NCBI GenBank assembly: GCA_964016885.1
Contig: CAXHJY010000738.1
Span: 310,001 to 374,000 of the forward strand
Direction: 5' to 3'
Origin: Eledone cirrhosa
Lineage: Eukaryota
Length of the DNA stretch: 64,000 nucleotides
Positions 1-16,871 of this stretch are shown piece after piece. The position numbers were made by a program, and so were the translations under genes. The notes under the pieces were generated by a model. The model was not told where the DNA came from. It ran no database searches and was given only the letters and a program-made list of their open reading frames with translations. Position 1 is the stretch's first letter. Every line of letters begins with the position of its first letter.

Positions 1-3000
1 GGTATATTACAGTACAGTAGATATATTACAGTACAGTAGGTATATTACAGTACAGTAGGTATATTATAGTACAGTAGGTATATTACAGTACAGTAGATAT
101 ATTACACTACAGTAGGTATATTACAGTACAGTAAGTATATTAATGTACAGTAGGTATAATACAGTACAGTAGGTATATTACAGTACAGTAGGTATATTAC
201 AGTACAGTAGGTATATTACAGTACAGTAGGTATATTACAGTACAGTAGGTATATTATACTACAGTAGGTATATTACAGTACAGTAGGTATATTAAAGTAC
301 AGTAGGTATAATACAGTACAGTAGGTATATTACAGTAGAGTAGGTATATTACAGTACAGTAGATATAATACAGTACAGTAGATATATTACAGTACAGTAG
401 GTATATTACAGTACAGTAGGTATATTACAGTACAGTAGGTATATTACAGTACAGTAGGTATATTACAGTACAGTAGGTATATTACAGTACAGTAGATATA
501 TTACAGTACAGTAGGTATATTCCAGTACAGTAGGTATATTATAGTACATTAGATATATTACAGTACAGTAGGTATATTACAGTACAGTAGATATATTACA
601 GTACAGTAGATATATTACAGTACAGTAGATATATTACAGTACAGTAGGTATAATACAGTACAGTAGATATATTACAGTACAGTAGGTATATTACAGTACA
701 GTAGGTATATTACAGTATAGTAGATATATTACAGTACAGTAGGTATAATACAGTAAACTAGGTATATTACAGTACAGTAGGTATATTACAGTACAGTAGG
801 TATAATACAGTACAGTAGGTATATTACAGTACAGTAGGTATATTACAGTACTGTAGGTATGTTACAGTACAGTAGGTATATTACAGTACACTAGATATAT
901 TACAGTACAGTAGGTATATTACAGTACAGTAGGTATATTACAGTACAGTAGATATATTACAGTACAGTAGGTATATTACAGTACAGTAGGTATATTACAG
1001 TACAGTAGATAGAGTACAGTACAGTAGATATATTACAGTACAGTAGGTATATTACAGTACAGTAGGTATATTACAGTACTGTAGGTATATTACAGTACAG
1101 TAGGTATATTACAGTACAGTAGGTATATTACAGTACAGTAGATATGTTACAGTACAGTAGGTATATTACAGTAGATAGATTACAGTACAGTAGATATATT
1201 ACAGTACAGTAGATATATTACAGTACAGTAGGTATATTACAGTACAGTAGGTATATTACAGTACAGTAGGTATATTACAGTACAGTAGGTATATTACAGT
1301 ACAGTAGATATATTACAGTACAGTAGGTATAATACAGTACAGTAGGTATATTACAGTACAGTAGGTATATTACAGTACAGTAGGGATATTACAGTACAGT
1401 AGTTATAATACAGTACAGTAGGTATATTACAGTACAGTAGTTATAATACAGTACAGTAGGTATATTACAGTACAGTAGGTATATTACAGTACAGTAGGTA
1501 TATTACAGTACAGTAGGTATATTACAGTACAGTAGGTATATTACAGTACAGTAGGTATATTACAGTACAGTAGATATATTACAGTACAGTAGGTATAATA
1601 CCATACAGTAGGTATATTACAGTACAGTAGGTATATTACAGTACAGTAGGTATAATACAGTACAGTAGATATATTACAGTACAGTAGGTATATTACAGTA
1701 CAGTAGGTATATTACAGTACAGTAGGTATATTACAATACAGTAGATATATTACAGTACAGTAGATATATAACAGTACAGTAGATATATTACAGTACAGTA
1801 GGTATATTACAGTACAGTAGATAGATTACAGTATAGTAGATAGATTACAGTACAATAGGTATATTACAGTACAGTATATAGATTACAGTACAGTAAATAT
1901 ATTACAGTACAGTAGGTATATTACAGTACAGTAGGTATATTACAGTACAGTAGGTATATTACAGTACAGTAGACATATTACAGTACAGTAGGTATATTAC
2001 AGTACAGTATGTATATTACAGTACAGTAGGTATAATACAGTACAGTAGGTATATTACAGTACAGAAGGTATATTACAGTACAGTAGGTATATTATAGTAC
2101 AGTAGGTATATTACAGTACAGTAGATATATTACAGTACAGTAGGTATATTACACTACAGTAGGTATAATACAGTACAGTAGGTATATTACAGTACAGTAG
2201 GTATATTAGAGTACAGTAGGTATGTTACAGTACATTAGGTATATTACAGTACAGTAGGTATATTACAGTACAGTAGGTATATTACAGTACAGTAGGTATA
2301 TTACAGTACAGTAGATATATTACAGTACAGTAGGTATATTACACTACAGTAGGTATAATACAGTACAGTAGGTATATTACAGTACAGTAGGTATATTACA
2401 GTACAGTAGGTATGTTACAGTACATTAGGTATATTACAGTACAGTAGGTATATTACAGTACAGTAGGTATATTACAGTACAGTAGGTATATTACAGTACA
2501 GTAGGTATATTACAGTACAGTACATATATTACAGTACAGTAGGTATATTACAGTACAGTAGGTATATTACAGTACAGTAGATAGAGTACAGTACAGTAGA
2601 TATATTACAGTACAGTAGGTATATTACAGTACAGTAGGTATAATACAGTACAGTAGGTATATTACAGTACAGTAGGTATATTACAGTACAGTAGGTATAT
2701 TACAGTAGGTATATTACAGTACAGTAGATATATTGCAGTACAGTAGGTATATTACAGTACAGTAGGGATAATACAGTACAGTAGATATGTTACAGTACAG
2801 TAGGTATATTACAGTACAGTAGGTATATTACAGTACAGTAGGTATATTACAGTACAGTAGGTATATTACAGTACAGTAGGTATATTACAGTACAGTAGAT
2901 ATAATACAATACAGTAGATATATTACAGTACAGTAGGTATATTACAGTACAGTAGGTATATTACAGTACAGTAGGTATATTACAGTACAGTAGGTATATT

Positions 3001-6000
3001 ACACTACAGTAGATATATTACAGTACAGTAGGTATATTACAGTACAGTAGGTATAATACCATACAGTAGGTATATTACAGTACAGTAGGTATATTACAGT
3101 ACAGTAGGTATATTACAGTATAGTAGATATATTACAGTACAGTAGGTATAATACAGTAAACTAGGTATATTACAGTACAGTAGGTATATTACAGTACAGT
3201 AGGTATATTACAGTACAGTAGGTATATTACAGTACAGTAGGTATATTACACTACAGTAGATATATTACAGTACAGTAGGTATATTACAGTACAGTAGGTA
3301 TAATACCATACAGTAGGTATATTACAGTACAGTAGGTATATTACAGTACAGTAGGTATAATACAGTACAGTAGATATATTACAGTACAGTAGGTATATTA
3401 CAGTACAGTAGGTATATTACAGTACAGTAGATATATTACAGTACAGTAGGTATATTACAGTACAGTATGTATATTACAGTACAGTAGGTATATTACAGTA
3501 CAGTAGGTATATTACAGTACAGTAGGTATAATACAGTACAGTAGGTATATTACAGTACAGTAGGTATATTACAGTACAGTAGGTATATTACAGTACAGTA
3601 GGTATAATACAGTACAGTAGGTATAATACAGTACAGTAGGTATATTACAGTACAGTAGGTATATTACAGTACAGTAGGTATATTACAGTACAGTAGATAT
3701 ATTACAGTACAGAAGATATATTACAGTACAGTAGATAGATTACAGTACAGTAGATATATTACAGTACAGTAGGTATATTACAGTACAGTAGATATATTAC
3801 AGTACAGTAGGTATATTATAGTACAGTAGGTATATTACAGTACAGTAGGTATATTACAGTACAGTAGGTATAATACAGTAAAGTAGGTATATTACAGTAC
3901 AGTAGGTATATTACACTACAGTAGGTATAATACAGTACAGTAGGTATATTACAGTACAGTAGGTATATTACAGTACAGTAGGTATGTTACAGTACATTAG
4001 GTATATTACAGTACAGTAGGTATATTACAGTACAGTAGGTATATTACAGTACAGTAGGTATATTACAGTACAGTAGATATATTACAGTACAGTAGGTATA
4101 TTACAGTACAGTAGATAGAGTACAGTACAGTAGATATATTACAGTACAGTAGGTATATTACAGTACAGTAGGTATATTACAGTACTGTAGGTATATTACA
4201 GTACAGTAGGTATGTTACAGTACAGTAGGTATATTACAGTACAGTAGATATGTTACAGTACAGTAGGTATATTACAGTACAGTAGATAGATTACAGTACA
4301 GTAGATATATTACAGTACAGTAGATATATTACAGTACAGTAGGTATATTACAGTACAGTAGGTATATTACAGTACAGTAGGTATAGTACAGTACAGTAGA
4401 TATATTACAGTACAGTAGGTATAATACAGTACAGTAGGTATATTACAGTACAGTAGGTATATTACAGTACAGTAGGGATATTACAGTACAGTAGTTATAA
4501 TACAGTACAGTAGGTATATTACAGTGCAGTAGTTATAATACAGTACAGTAGGTATATTACAGTACAGTAGGTATATTACAGTACAGTAGGTATATTACAG
4601 TACAGTAGGTATATTACAGTACAGTAGGTATATTACAGTACAGTAGGTATATTACAGTACAGTAGATATATTACAGTACAGTAGGTATAATACCATACAG
4701 TAGGTATATTACAGTACAGTAGGTATATTACAGTACAGTAGGTATATTACAGTACAGTAGGTATATTACAGTACAGTAGATATATTACAGTACAGTAGGT
4801 ATATTACAGTACAGTATGTATATTACAGTACAGTAGGTATATTACAGTACAGTAGGTATATTACAGTACAGTAGGTATAATACAGTACAGTAGGTATATT
4901 ACAGTACAGTAGGTATATTACAGTACAGTAGGTATATTACAGTACAGTAGGTATAATACAGTACAGTAGGTATAATACAGTACAGTAGGTATATTACAGT
5001 ACAGTAGGTATATTACAGTACAGTAGGTATATTACAGTACAGTAGATATATTACAGTACAGTAGATATATTACAGTACAGTAGATAGATTACAGTACAGT
5101 AGATATATTACAGTACAGTAGGTATATTACAGTACAGTAGATATATTACAGTACAGTAGGTATATTATAGTACAGTAGGTATATTACAGTACAGTAGGTA
5201 TATTACAGTACAGTAGGTATATTACAGTACAGTAGGTATATTACAGTACAGTAGGTATGTTACAGTACATTAGGTATATTACAGTACAGTAGGTATATTA
5301 CAGTACAGTAGGTATATTACAGTACAGTAGGTATATTACAGTACAGTAGGTATATTACAGTACAGTACATATATTACAGTACAGTAGGTATATTACAGTA
5401 CAGTAGGTATATTACAGTACAGTAGATATATTACAGTACAGTAGGTATATTACAGTACAGTATGTATATTACAGTACAGTAGGTATATTACAGTACAGTA
5501 GGTATATTACAGTACAGTAGGTATAATACAGTACAGTAGGTATATTACAGTACAGTAGGTATATTACAGTACAGTAGGTATATTACAGTACAGTAGGTAT
5601 ATTACAGTACAGTAGGTATATTACAGTACAGTAGGTATATTACAGTACAGTAGGTATATTACAGTACAGTAGATATATTACAGTACAGTAGGTATAATAC
5701 CATACAGTAGGTATATTACAGTACAGTAGGTATATTACAGTACAGTAGGTATATTACAGTACAGTAGGTATATTACAGTACAGTAGATATATTACAGTAC
5801 AGTAGGTATATTACAGTACAGTATGTATATTACAGTACAGTAGGTATATTACAGTACAGTAGGTATATTACAGTACAGTAGGTATAATACAGTACAGTAG
5901 GTATATTACAGTACAGTAGGTATATTACAGTACAGTAGGTATATTACAGTACAGTAGGTATAATACAGTACAGTAGGTATAATACAGTACAGTAGGTATA

Positions 6001-6849
6001 TTACAGTACAGTAGGTATATTACAGTACAGTAGGTATATTACAGTACAGTAGATATATTACAGTACAGAAGATATATTACAGTACAGTAGATAGATTACA
6101 GTACAGTAGATAGATTACAGTACAGTAGGTATATTACAGTACAGTAGATATATTACAGTACAGTAGGTATATTATAGTACAGTAGGTATATTACAGTACA
6201 GTAGGTATATTACAGTACAGTAGGTATATTACAGTACAGTAGGTATATTACAGTACAGTAGGTATGTTACAGTACATTAGGTATATTACAGTACAGTAGG
6301 TATATTACAGTACAGTAGGTATATTACAGTACAGTAGGTATATTACAGTACAGTAGGTATATTACAGTACAGTAGGTATATTACAGTACAGTACATATAT
6401 TACAGTACAGTAGGTATATTACAGTACAGTAGGTATATTACAGTACAGTAGATAGAGTACAGTACAGTAGATATATTACAGTACAGTAGGTATATTACAG
6501 TACAGTAGGTATAATACAGTACAGTAGGTATATTACAGTACAGTAGGTATATTACAGTACAGTAGGTATATTACAGTAGGTATATTACAGTACAGTAGAT
6601 ATATTGCAGTACAGTAGGTATATTACAGTACAGTAGGGATAATACAGTACAGTAGATATGTTACAGTATAGTAGGTATATTACAGTACAGTAGGTATATT
6701 ACAGTACAGTAGGTATATTACAGTACAGTAGACATATTACAGTACAGTAGGTATATTACAGTACAGTAGGTATATTACAGTACAGTAGGTATATTACAGT
6801 ACAGTAGGTATATTACAGTACAGTAGATATAATACAATACAGTAGATAT

Positions 6850-8200
6850 ATTACAGTACAGTAGGTATATTACAGTACAGTAGGTATATTACAGTACAGT
6901 AGGTATAACACAGTACAGTAGGTATATTACAGTACAGTAGGTATATTACAGTACAGTAGTTATATTACAGTACAGTAGTTATATTACAGTACAGTAGGTA
7001 TAATACAGTACAGTAGGTATATTACAGTACAGTAGGTATATTACAGTACAGTAGGTATATTACAGTACAGTAGGTATATTACAGTACAGTAGGTATATTA
7101 CAGTACATTATATATATTACAGTACACTAGGTATATTACAGTACAGTAGGTATATTACAGTACAGTAGATATATTACAGTACAATAGGTATATTACAGTA
7201 CAGTAGGTATATTACAGTACAGTAGATATATTACAGTACAGTAGGTATAATACCATACAGTAGGTATATTACAGTACAGTAGGTATATTACAGTACAGTA
7301 GGTATAATACAGTACAGTAGATATATTACAGTACAGTAGGTATATTACACTACAGTAGGTATATTACAGTACAGTAGGTATATTAAAGTACAGTAGGTAT
7401 AATACAGTACAGTAGGTATATTACAGTACAGTAGGTATATTACAGTACAGTAGGTATATTACATTACAGTAGGTATATTACAGTACAGTAGATATATTAC
7501 AGTACAGTAGATATATTACAGTACAGTAGATATATTACAGTACAGTAGGTATATTACAGTACAATAGATATATTACAGTACAGTAGGTATATTATAGTAC
7601 AGTAGGTATATTACAGTACAGTAGGTATATTACAGTACAGTAGGTATAACACAGTACAGTAGGTATATTACAGTACAGTAGGTATATTACAGTACAGTAG
7701 TTATATTACAGTACAGTAGTTATATTACAGTACAGTAGGTATAATACAGTACAGTAGGTATATTACAGTACAGTAGGTATATTACAGTACAGTAGGTATA
7801 TTACAGTACAGTAGGTATATTACAGTACAGTAGGTATATTACAGTACATTATATATATTACAGTACACTAGGTATATTACAGTACAGTAGGTATATTACA
7901 GTACAGTAGATATATTACAGTACAATAGGTATATTACAGTACAGTAGGTATATTACAGTACAGTAGATATATTACAGTACAGTAGGTATAATACCATACA
8001 GTAGGTATATTACAGTACAGTAGGTATATTACAGTACAGTAGGTATAATACAGTACAGTAGATATATTACAGTACAGTAGGTATATTACACTACAGTAGG
8101 TATATTACAGTACAGTAGGTATATTAAAGTACAGTAGGTATAATACAGTACAGTAGGTATATTACAGTACAGTAGGTATATTACAGTACAGTAGGTATAT
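6850..8200. repeat. Local duplication of a variant-monomer block, offset 741 bp (39 monomers)
   Basis: Rare GGTATAACAC monomer at 6902 and 7643. ...TACATTA followed by TATATATTAC at 7111 and 7852. CCATAC monomer at 7244 and 7985. Boundaries approximate. Confidence 0.85.
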
Positions 8201-11200
8201 TACAGTACAGTAGGTATATTACAGTACAGTAGGTATATTACACTACAGTAGGTATATTACAGTACAGTAGGTATATTAAAGTACAGTAGGTATAATACAG
8301 TACAGTAGGTATATTACAGTAGAGTAGGTATATTACAGTACAGTAGATATAATACAGTACAGTAGATATATTACAGTACAGTAGGTATATTACAGTACAG
8401 TAGGTATATTACAGTACAGTAGGTATATTACAGTACAGTAGGTATATTACAGTACAGTAGATAGATTACAGTACAGTAGATATATTACAGTACAGTAGGT
8501 ATATTACAGTACAGTAGGTATATTACAGTACAGTAGACATATTACAGTACAGTATGTATATTACAGTACAGTATGTATATTACAGTACAGTATGTATATT
8601 ACAGTACAGTAGGTATATTACAGTACAGTAGGTATATTACAGTACAGAAGGTATATTACAGTACAGTAGATAGATTACAGAACAGTAGATATATTACAGT
8701 ACAGTAGGTATATTACAGTACAGTAGGTATATTACAGTACAGTAGACATATTACAGTACAGTAGGTATATTACAGTACAGTAGGTATAATACAGTACAGT
8801 AGGTATATTACAGTACAGTAGGTATATTACAGTACAGTAGGTATATTACAGTACATAAGTTATATTACAGTACAGTAGGTATAATACAGTACAGTAGGTA
8901 TATTACAGTACAGTAGGTATATTACAGTACAGTAGGTATATTACAGTACAGTAGGTATATTACAGTACAGTAGGTATATTACAGTACAGTATATATATTA
9001 CAGTACACTAGGTATATTACAGTACAGTAGGTATATTACAGTAAAGTAGATATATTACAGTACAATAGGTATATTACAGTACAGTAGGTATATTACAGTA
9101 CAGTAGATATATTACAGTACAGTAGGTATAATACCATACAGTAGGTATATTACAGTACAGTAGGTATATTACAGTACAGTAGGTATAATACAGTACAGTA
9201 GATATATTACAGTACAGTAGGTATATTACACTACAGTAGGTATATTACGGTACAGTAGGTATATTAAAGTACAGTAGGTATAATACAGTACAGTAGGTAT
9301 ATTACAGTACAGTAGGTATATTACAGTACAGTAGGTATATTACAGTACAGTAGATATATTACAGTACAGTAGGTATATTACACTACAGTAGGTATATTAC
9401 AGTACAGTAGGTATATTAAAGTACAGTAGGTATAATACAGTACAGTAGGTATATTACAGTAGAGTAGGTATATTACAGTACAGTAGATATAATACAGTAC
9501 AGTAGATATATTACAGTACAGTAGGTATATTACAGTACAGTAGGTATATTACAGTACAGTAGGTATATTACAGTACAGTAGGTATATTACAGTACAGTAG
9601 GTATATTACAGTACAGTAGATATATTACAGTACAGTAGGTATAATACAGTAAACTAGGTATATTACAGTACAGTAGGTATATTACAGTACAGTAGGTATA
9701 ATACAGTACAGTAGGTATATTACAGTACAGTAGGTATATTACAGTACAGTAGGTATATTACAGTACAGTATGTATATTACAGTACAGTAGGTATAATACA
9801 GTACAGTAGGTATATTACAGTACAGTAGGTATATTACAGTACAGTAGGTATATTACAGTACAGTAGGTATATTACAGTACAGTAGGTATATTACAGTACA
9901 GTAGATATATTACAGTACAGTAGGTATATTACAGTACAGTATGTATATTACAGTACAGTAGGTATAATACAGTACAGTAGGTATATTACAGTACAGAAGG
10001 TATATTACAGTACAGTAGGTATATTACAGTACAGTAGGTATATTACAGTACAGTAGATATATTACAGTACAGTAGGTATATTACACTACAGTAGATATAT
10101 TACAGTACAGTAGGTATATTACAGTACAGTAGTTATATTACAGTACAGTAGGGATAATACAGTACAGTAGATATGTTACAGTTCAGTAGGTATATTACAG
10201 TACAGTAGGTATATTACAGTACAGTAGGTATATTACAGTACAGTAGACATATTACAGTACAGTATGTATATTACAGTACAGTAGGTATATTACAGTACAG
10301 TAGGTATATTACAGTACAGTAGGTATATTACAGTACAGTAGATATATTACAGTACAGTAGGTATATTACAGTACAGTAGGTATATTACAGTACAGTAGGT
10401 ATATTACAGTACAGTAGGTATATTACAGTACAGTAGATATATTACAGTACAGTAGATATATTACAGTACAGTAGATAGATTACAGTACAGTAGATATATT
10501 ACAGTACAGTAGGTATATTACAGTACAATAGATATATTACAGTACAGTAGGTATATTATAGTACAGTAGGTATATTACACTACAGTAGGTATATTACAGT
10601 ACAGTAGATATATTACAGTACAGTAGGTATATTACAGTACAGTATGTATATTACAGTACAGTAGGTATATTACAGTACAGTAGGTATATTACAGTACAGT
10701 AGGTATAATACAGTACAGTAGGTATATTACAGTACAGTAGCTATATTACAGTACAGTAGGTATATTACAGTACAGTAGGTATAATAAAGTACAGTAGGTA
10801 TAATACAGTACAGTAGGTATATTACAGTACAGTAGGTATATTACAGTACAGTAGGTATATTACAGTACAGTAGATATATTACAGTACAGTAGATATATTA
10901 CAGTACAGTAGATAGATTACAGTACAGTAGATATATTACAGTACAGTAGGTATATTACAGTACAGTAGATATATTACAGTACAGTAGGTATATTATAGTA
11001 CAGTAGGTATATTACAGTACAGTAGGTATATTACAGTACAGTAGGTAAAATACAGTAAAGTAGGTATATTACAGTACAGTAGGTATATTACACTACAGTA
11101 GGTCACATACAGTACAGTAGGTATATTACAGTACAGTAGGTATATTACAGTACAGTAGGTATGTTACAGTACATTAGGTATATTACAGTACAGTAGGTAT

Positions 11201-12805
11201 ATTACAGTACAGTAGGTATATTACAGTACAGTAGGTATATTACAGTACAGTAGATATATTACAGTACAGTAGGTATATTACAGTACAGTAGGTATATTAC
11301 AGTACAGTAGATAGAGTACAGTACAGTAGATATATTACAGTACAGTAGGTATATTACAGTACAGTAGGTATAATACAGTACAGTAGGTATATTACAGTAC
11401 ATTAGGTATATTACAGTGCAGTAGGTATATTACAGTACAGTAGGTATATTACAGTACAGTAGGTATATTACAGTACAGTAGATATATTGCAGTACAGTAG
11501 GTATATTACAGTACAGTAGGGATAATACAGTACAGTAGATATGTTACAGTACAGTAGGTATATTACAGTACAGTAGGTATATTACAGTACAGTAGGTATA
11601 TTGCAGTACAGTAGACATATTACAGTACAGTATGTATATTACAGTACAGTAGGTATATTACAGTACAGTAGGTATATTACAGTACAGTAGGTATATTACA
11701 GTACAGTAGGTATATTACAGTACAGTAGATATATTACAGTACAGTAGGTATATTAGAGTACAGTAGGTATATTAGAGTACAGTAGGTATATTACAGTACA
11801 GTAGGTATATTACAGTACAGTAGGTATATTACAGTACAGTAGGTATAATACAGTACAGTAGGTATATTACAGTACAGTAGGTATATTACAGTACAGTAGG
11901 TATATTACAGTACAGTAGGTATATTACAGTACAGTAGGTATATTACAGTACAGTATATATATTACAGTACACTAGGTATATTACAGTACAGTAGGTATAT
12001 TACAGTACAGTAGATATATTACAGTACACTAGGTATATTACAGTACAGTAGGTATATTACAGTACAGTAGATATATTACAGTACAGTAGGTATAATACCA
12101 TACAGTAGGTATATTACAGTACAGTAGGTATATTACAGTACAGTAGGTATAATACAGTACAGTAGATATATTACAGTACAGTAGGTATATTACACTACAG
12201 TAGGTATATTACAGTACAGTAAGTATATTAATGTACAGTAGGTATAATACAGTACAGTAGGTATATTACAGTACAGTAGGTATATTACAGTACAGTAGGT
12301 ATATTACAGTACAGTAGGTATATTACAGTACAGTAGGTATATTACACTACAGTAGCTATATTACAGTACAGTAGGTATATTAAAGTTCAGTAGGTATAAT
12401 ACAGTACAGTAGGTATATTACAGTAGAGTAGGTATATTACAGTACAGTAGATATAATACAGTACAGTAGATATAATACAGTACAGTAGATATATTACAGT
12501 ACAGTAGGTATATTACAGTACAGTAGGTATATTGCAGTACAGTAGGTATATTACAGTACAGTAGATATATTACAGTACAGTAGGTATATTACAGTACAGT
12601 AGGTATATTATAGTACATTAGATATATTACAGTACAGTAGGTATATTACAGTACAGTAGATATATTACAGTACAGTAGATATATTACAGTACAGTAGGTA
12701 TATTACAGTAGGTATATTACAGTACATTAGGTATATTACAGTACAGTAGGTATAATACAGTACAGTAGATATATTACAGTACAGTAGGTATATTACAGTA
12801 CAGTA

Positions 12806-15800
12806 GGTATATTACAGTACAGTAGATATATTACAGTACAGTAGGTATAATACAGTAAACTAGGTATATTACAGTACAGTAGGTATGTTACAGTACAGTA
12901 GGTATAATACAGTACAGTAGGTATATTACAGTACAGTAGGTATATTACAGTACAGTAGATATAATACAGTACAGTAGATATATTACAGTACAGTAGGTAT
13001 ATTACAGTACAGTAGGTATATTACAGTACAGTAGGTATATTACAGTACAGTAGGTATATTACAGTACAGTAGGTATATTACAGTACAGTAGATACATTAC
13101 AGTACAGTAGATATATTACAGTACAGTAGGTATATTACAGTACAGTAGGTATATTACAGTACAGTAGATATATTACAGTACAGTAAGTATATTACAGTAC
13201 AGTAGATATATTACAGTACAGTAGATATATTACAGTACAGTAGGTATATTACAGTACAGTAGGTATATTACAGTACATTAGGTATATTACAGTACAGTAG
13301 GTATAATACAGTACAGTAGATATATTACAGTACAGTAGGTATATTACAGTACAGTAGGTATATTACAGTACAGTAGATATATTACAGTACAGTAGGTATA
13401 ATACAGTAAACTAGGTATATTAAAGTACAGTAGGTATATTACAGTACAGTAGGTATAATACAGTACAGTAGGTATATTACAGTACAGTAGGTATATTACA
13501 GTACAGTATGTATGTTACAGTACAGTAGGTATATTACAGTACAGTAGGTATATTACAGTACAGTAGGTATATTACAGTACAGTAGGTATATTACAGTACA
13601 GTATGTATATTACAGTACAGTAGGTATATTACAGTACAGTAGGTATATTACAGTACAGTAGGTATATTACAGTACAGTAGGTATATTATAGTACAGTAGG
13701 TATATTACAGTACAGTAGATATATTACAGTACAGTAGGTATATTACAGTACAGTATGTATATTACAGTACAGTAGGTATAATACAGTACAGTAGGTATAT
13801 TACAGTACAGAAGGTATATTACAGTACAGTAGGTATATTACAGTACAGTAGGTATATTACAGTACAGTAGATATATTACAGTACAGTAGGTATATTACAC
13901 TACAGTATATATATTACAGTACAGTAGGTATATTACAGTACAGTAGTTATATTACAGTACAGTAGGGATAATACAGTACAGTAGATATGTTATAGTTCAG
14001 TAGGTATATTACAGTACAGTAGGTATATTACAGTACAGTAGGTATATTACAGTACAGTAGACATATTACAGTACAGTATGTATATTACAGTACAGTAGGT
14101 ATATTACAGTACAGTAGGTATATTACAGTACAGTAGGTATATTACAGTACAGTAGGTATATTACAGTACAGTAGATATATTACAGTACAGTAGGTATATT
14201 ACAGTACAGTAGGTATATTACAGTACAGTAGGTATATTACAGTACAGTAGGTATATTACAGTACAGTAGATATATTACAGTACAGTAGATATATTACAGT
14301 ACAGTAGATAGATTACAGTACAGTAGATATATTACAGTACAGTAGGTATATTACAGTACAATAGATATATTACAGTACAGTAGGTATATTATAGTACAGT
14401 AGGTATATTACACTACAGTAGGTATATTACAGTACAGTAGATATATTACAGTACAGTAGGTATATTACAGTACAGTATGTATATTACAGTACAGTATGTA
14501 TATTACAGTACAGTAGGTATATTACAGTACAGTAGGTATAATACAGTACAGTAGGTATATTACAGTACAGTAGGTATATTATAGTACAGTAGGTATATTA
14601 CAGTACAGTAGGTATAATAAAGTACAGTAGGTATAATACAGTACAGTAGGTATATTACAGTACAGTAGGTATATTACAGTACAGTAGGTATATTACGGTA
14701 CAGTAGATATATTACAGTACAGTAGATATATTACAGTACAGTAGATAGATTACAGTACAGTAGATATATTACAGTACAGTAGGTATATTACAGTACAGTA
14801 GATATATTACAGTACAGTAGGTATATTATAGTACAGTAGGTATATTACAGTACAGTAGATATATTACAGTACAGTAGGTATAATACAGTAAACTAGGTAT
14901 ATTACAGTACAGTAGGTATGTTACAGTACAGTAGGTATAATACAGTACAGTAGGTATATTACAGTACAGTAGGTATATTACAGTACAGTAGATATAATAC
15001 AGTACAGTAGATATATTACAGTACAGTAGGTATATTACAGTACAGTAGGTATATTACAGTACAGTAGGTATATTACAGTACAGTAGGTATATTACAGTAC
15101 AGTAGGTATATTACAGTACAGTAGATACATTACAGTACAGTAGATATATTACAGTACAGTAGGTATATTACAGTACAGTAGGTATATTACAGTACAGTAG
15201 ATATATTACAGTACAGTAAGTATATTACAGTACAGTAGATATATTACAGTACAGTAGATATATTACAGTACAGTAGGTATATTACAGTACAGTAGGTATA
15301 TTACAGTACATTAGGTATATTACAGTACAGTAGGTATAATACAGTACAGTAGATATATTACAGTACAGTAGGTATATTACAGTACAGTAGGTATATTACA
15401 GTACAGTAGATATATTACAGTACAGTAGGTATAATACAGTAAACTAGGTATATTAAAGTACAGTAGGTATATTACAGTACAGTAGGTATAATACAGTACA
15501 GTAGGTATATTACAGTACAGTAGGTATATTACAGTACAGTAGGTATGTTACAGTACAGTAGGTATATTACAGTACAGTAGGTATATTACAGTACAGTAGG
15601 TATATTACAGTACAGTAGGTATATTACAGTACAGTATGTATATTACAGTACAGTAGGTATATTACAGTACAGTAGGTATATTACAGTACAGTAGGTATAT
15701 TACAGTACAGTAGGTATATTATAGTACAGTAGGTATATTACAGTACAGTAGATATATTACAGTACAGTAGGTATATTACAGTACAGTATGTATATTACAG

Positions 15801-16871
15801 TACAGTAGGTATAATACAGTACAGTAGGTATATTACAGTACAGAAGGTATATTACAGTACAGTAGGTATATTACAGTACAGTAGGTATATTACAGTACAG
15901 TAGATATATTACAGTACAGTAGGTATATTACACTACAGTATATATATTACAGTACAGTAGGTATATTACAGTACAGTAGTTATATTACAGTACAGTAGGG
16001 ATAATACAGTACAGTAGATATGTTATAGTTCAGTAGGTATATTACAGTACAGTAGGTATATTACAGTACAGTAGGTATATTACAGTACAGTAGACATATT
16101 ACAGTACAGTATGTATATTACAGTACAGTAGGTATATTACAGTACAGTAGGTATATTACAGTACAGTAGGTATATTACAGTACAGTAGGTATATTACAGT
16201 ACAGTAGATATATTACAGTACAGTAGGTATATTACAGTACAGTAGGTATATTACAGTACAGTAGGTATATTACAGTACAGTAGGTATATTACAGTACAGT
16301 AGATATATTACAGTACAGTAGATATATTACAGTACAGTAGATAGATTACAGTACAGTAGATATATTACAGTACAGTAGGTATATTACAGTACAATAGATA
16401 TATTACAGTACAGTAGGTATATTATAGTACAGTAGGTATATTACACTACAGTAGGTATATTACAGTACAGTAGATATATTACAGTACAGTAGGTATATTA
16501 CAGTACAGTATGTATATTACAGTACAGTATGTATATTACAGTACAGTAGGTATATTACAGTACAGTAGGTATAATACAGTACAGTAGGTATATTACAGTA
16601 CAGTAGGTATATTACAGTACAGTAGGTATATTACAGTACAGTAGGTATAATAAAGTACAGTAGGTATAATACAGTACAGTAGGTATATTACAGTACAGTA
16701 GGTATATTACAGTACAGTAGGTATATTACGGTACAGTAGATATATTACAGTACAGTAGATATATTACAGTACAGTAGATAGATTACAGTACAGTAGATAT
16801 ATTACAGTACAGTAGGTATATTACAGTACAGTAGATATATTACAGTACAGTAGGTATATTATAGTACAGTA
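12806..16871. repeat. Tandem duplication, unit 2033 bp (107 monomers): 12806-14838 and 14839-16871
   Basis: Markers at constant offset 2033: TAAACTA 12844/14877, GATACATTAC 13091/15124, GATATGTTATAGTTCAG 13984/16017, TACGGTA 14687/16720. The copies differ at 13509/15542 and 14573/16606. Confidence 0.93.

Noticed and set aside
153-171. TATAAT (-10 box) or TATA-like motifs in the T7>A variant, repeated many times across the array
   Set aside because: This is a single-base variant of an AT-rich monomer, with no -35 element or downstream gene.
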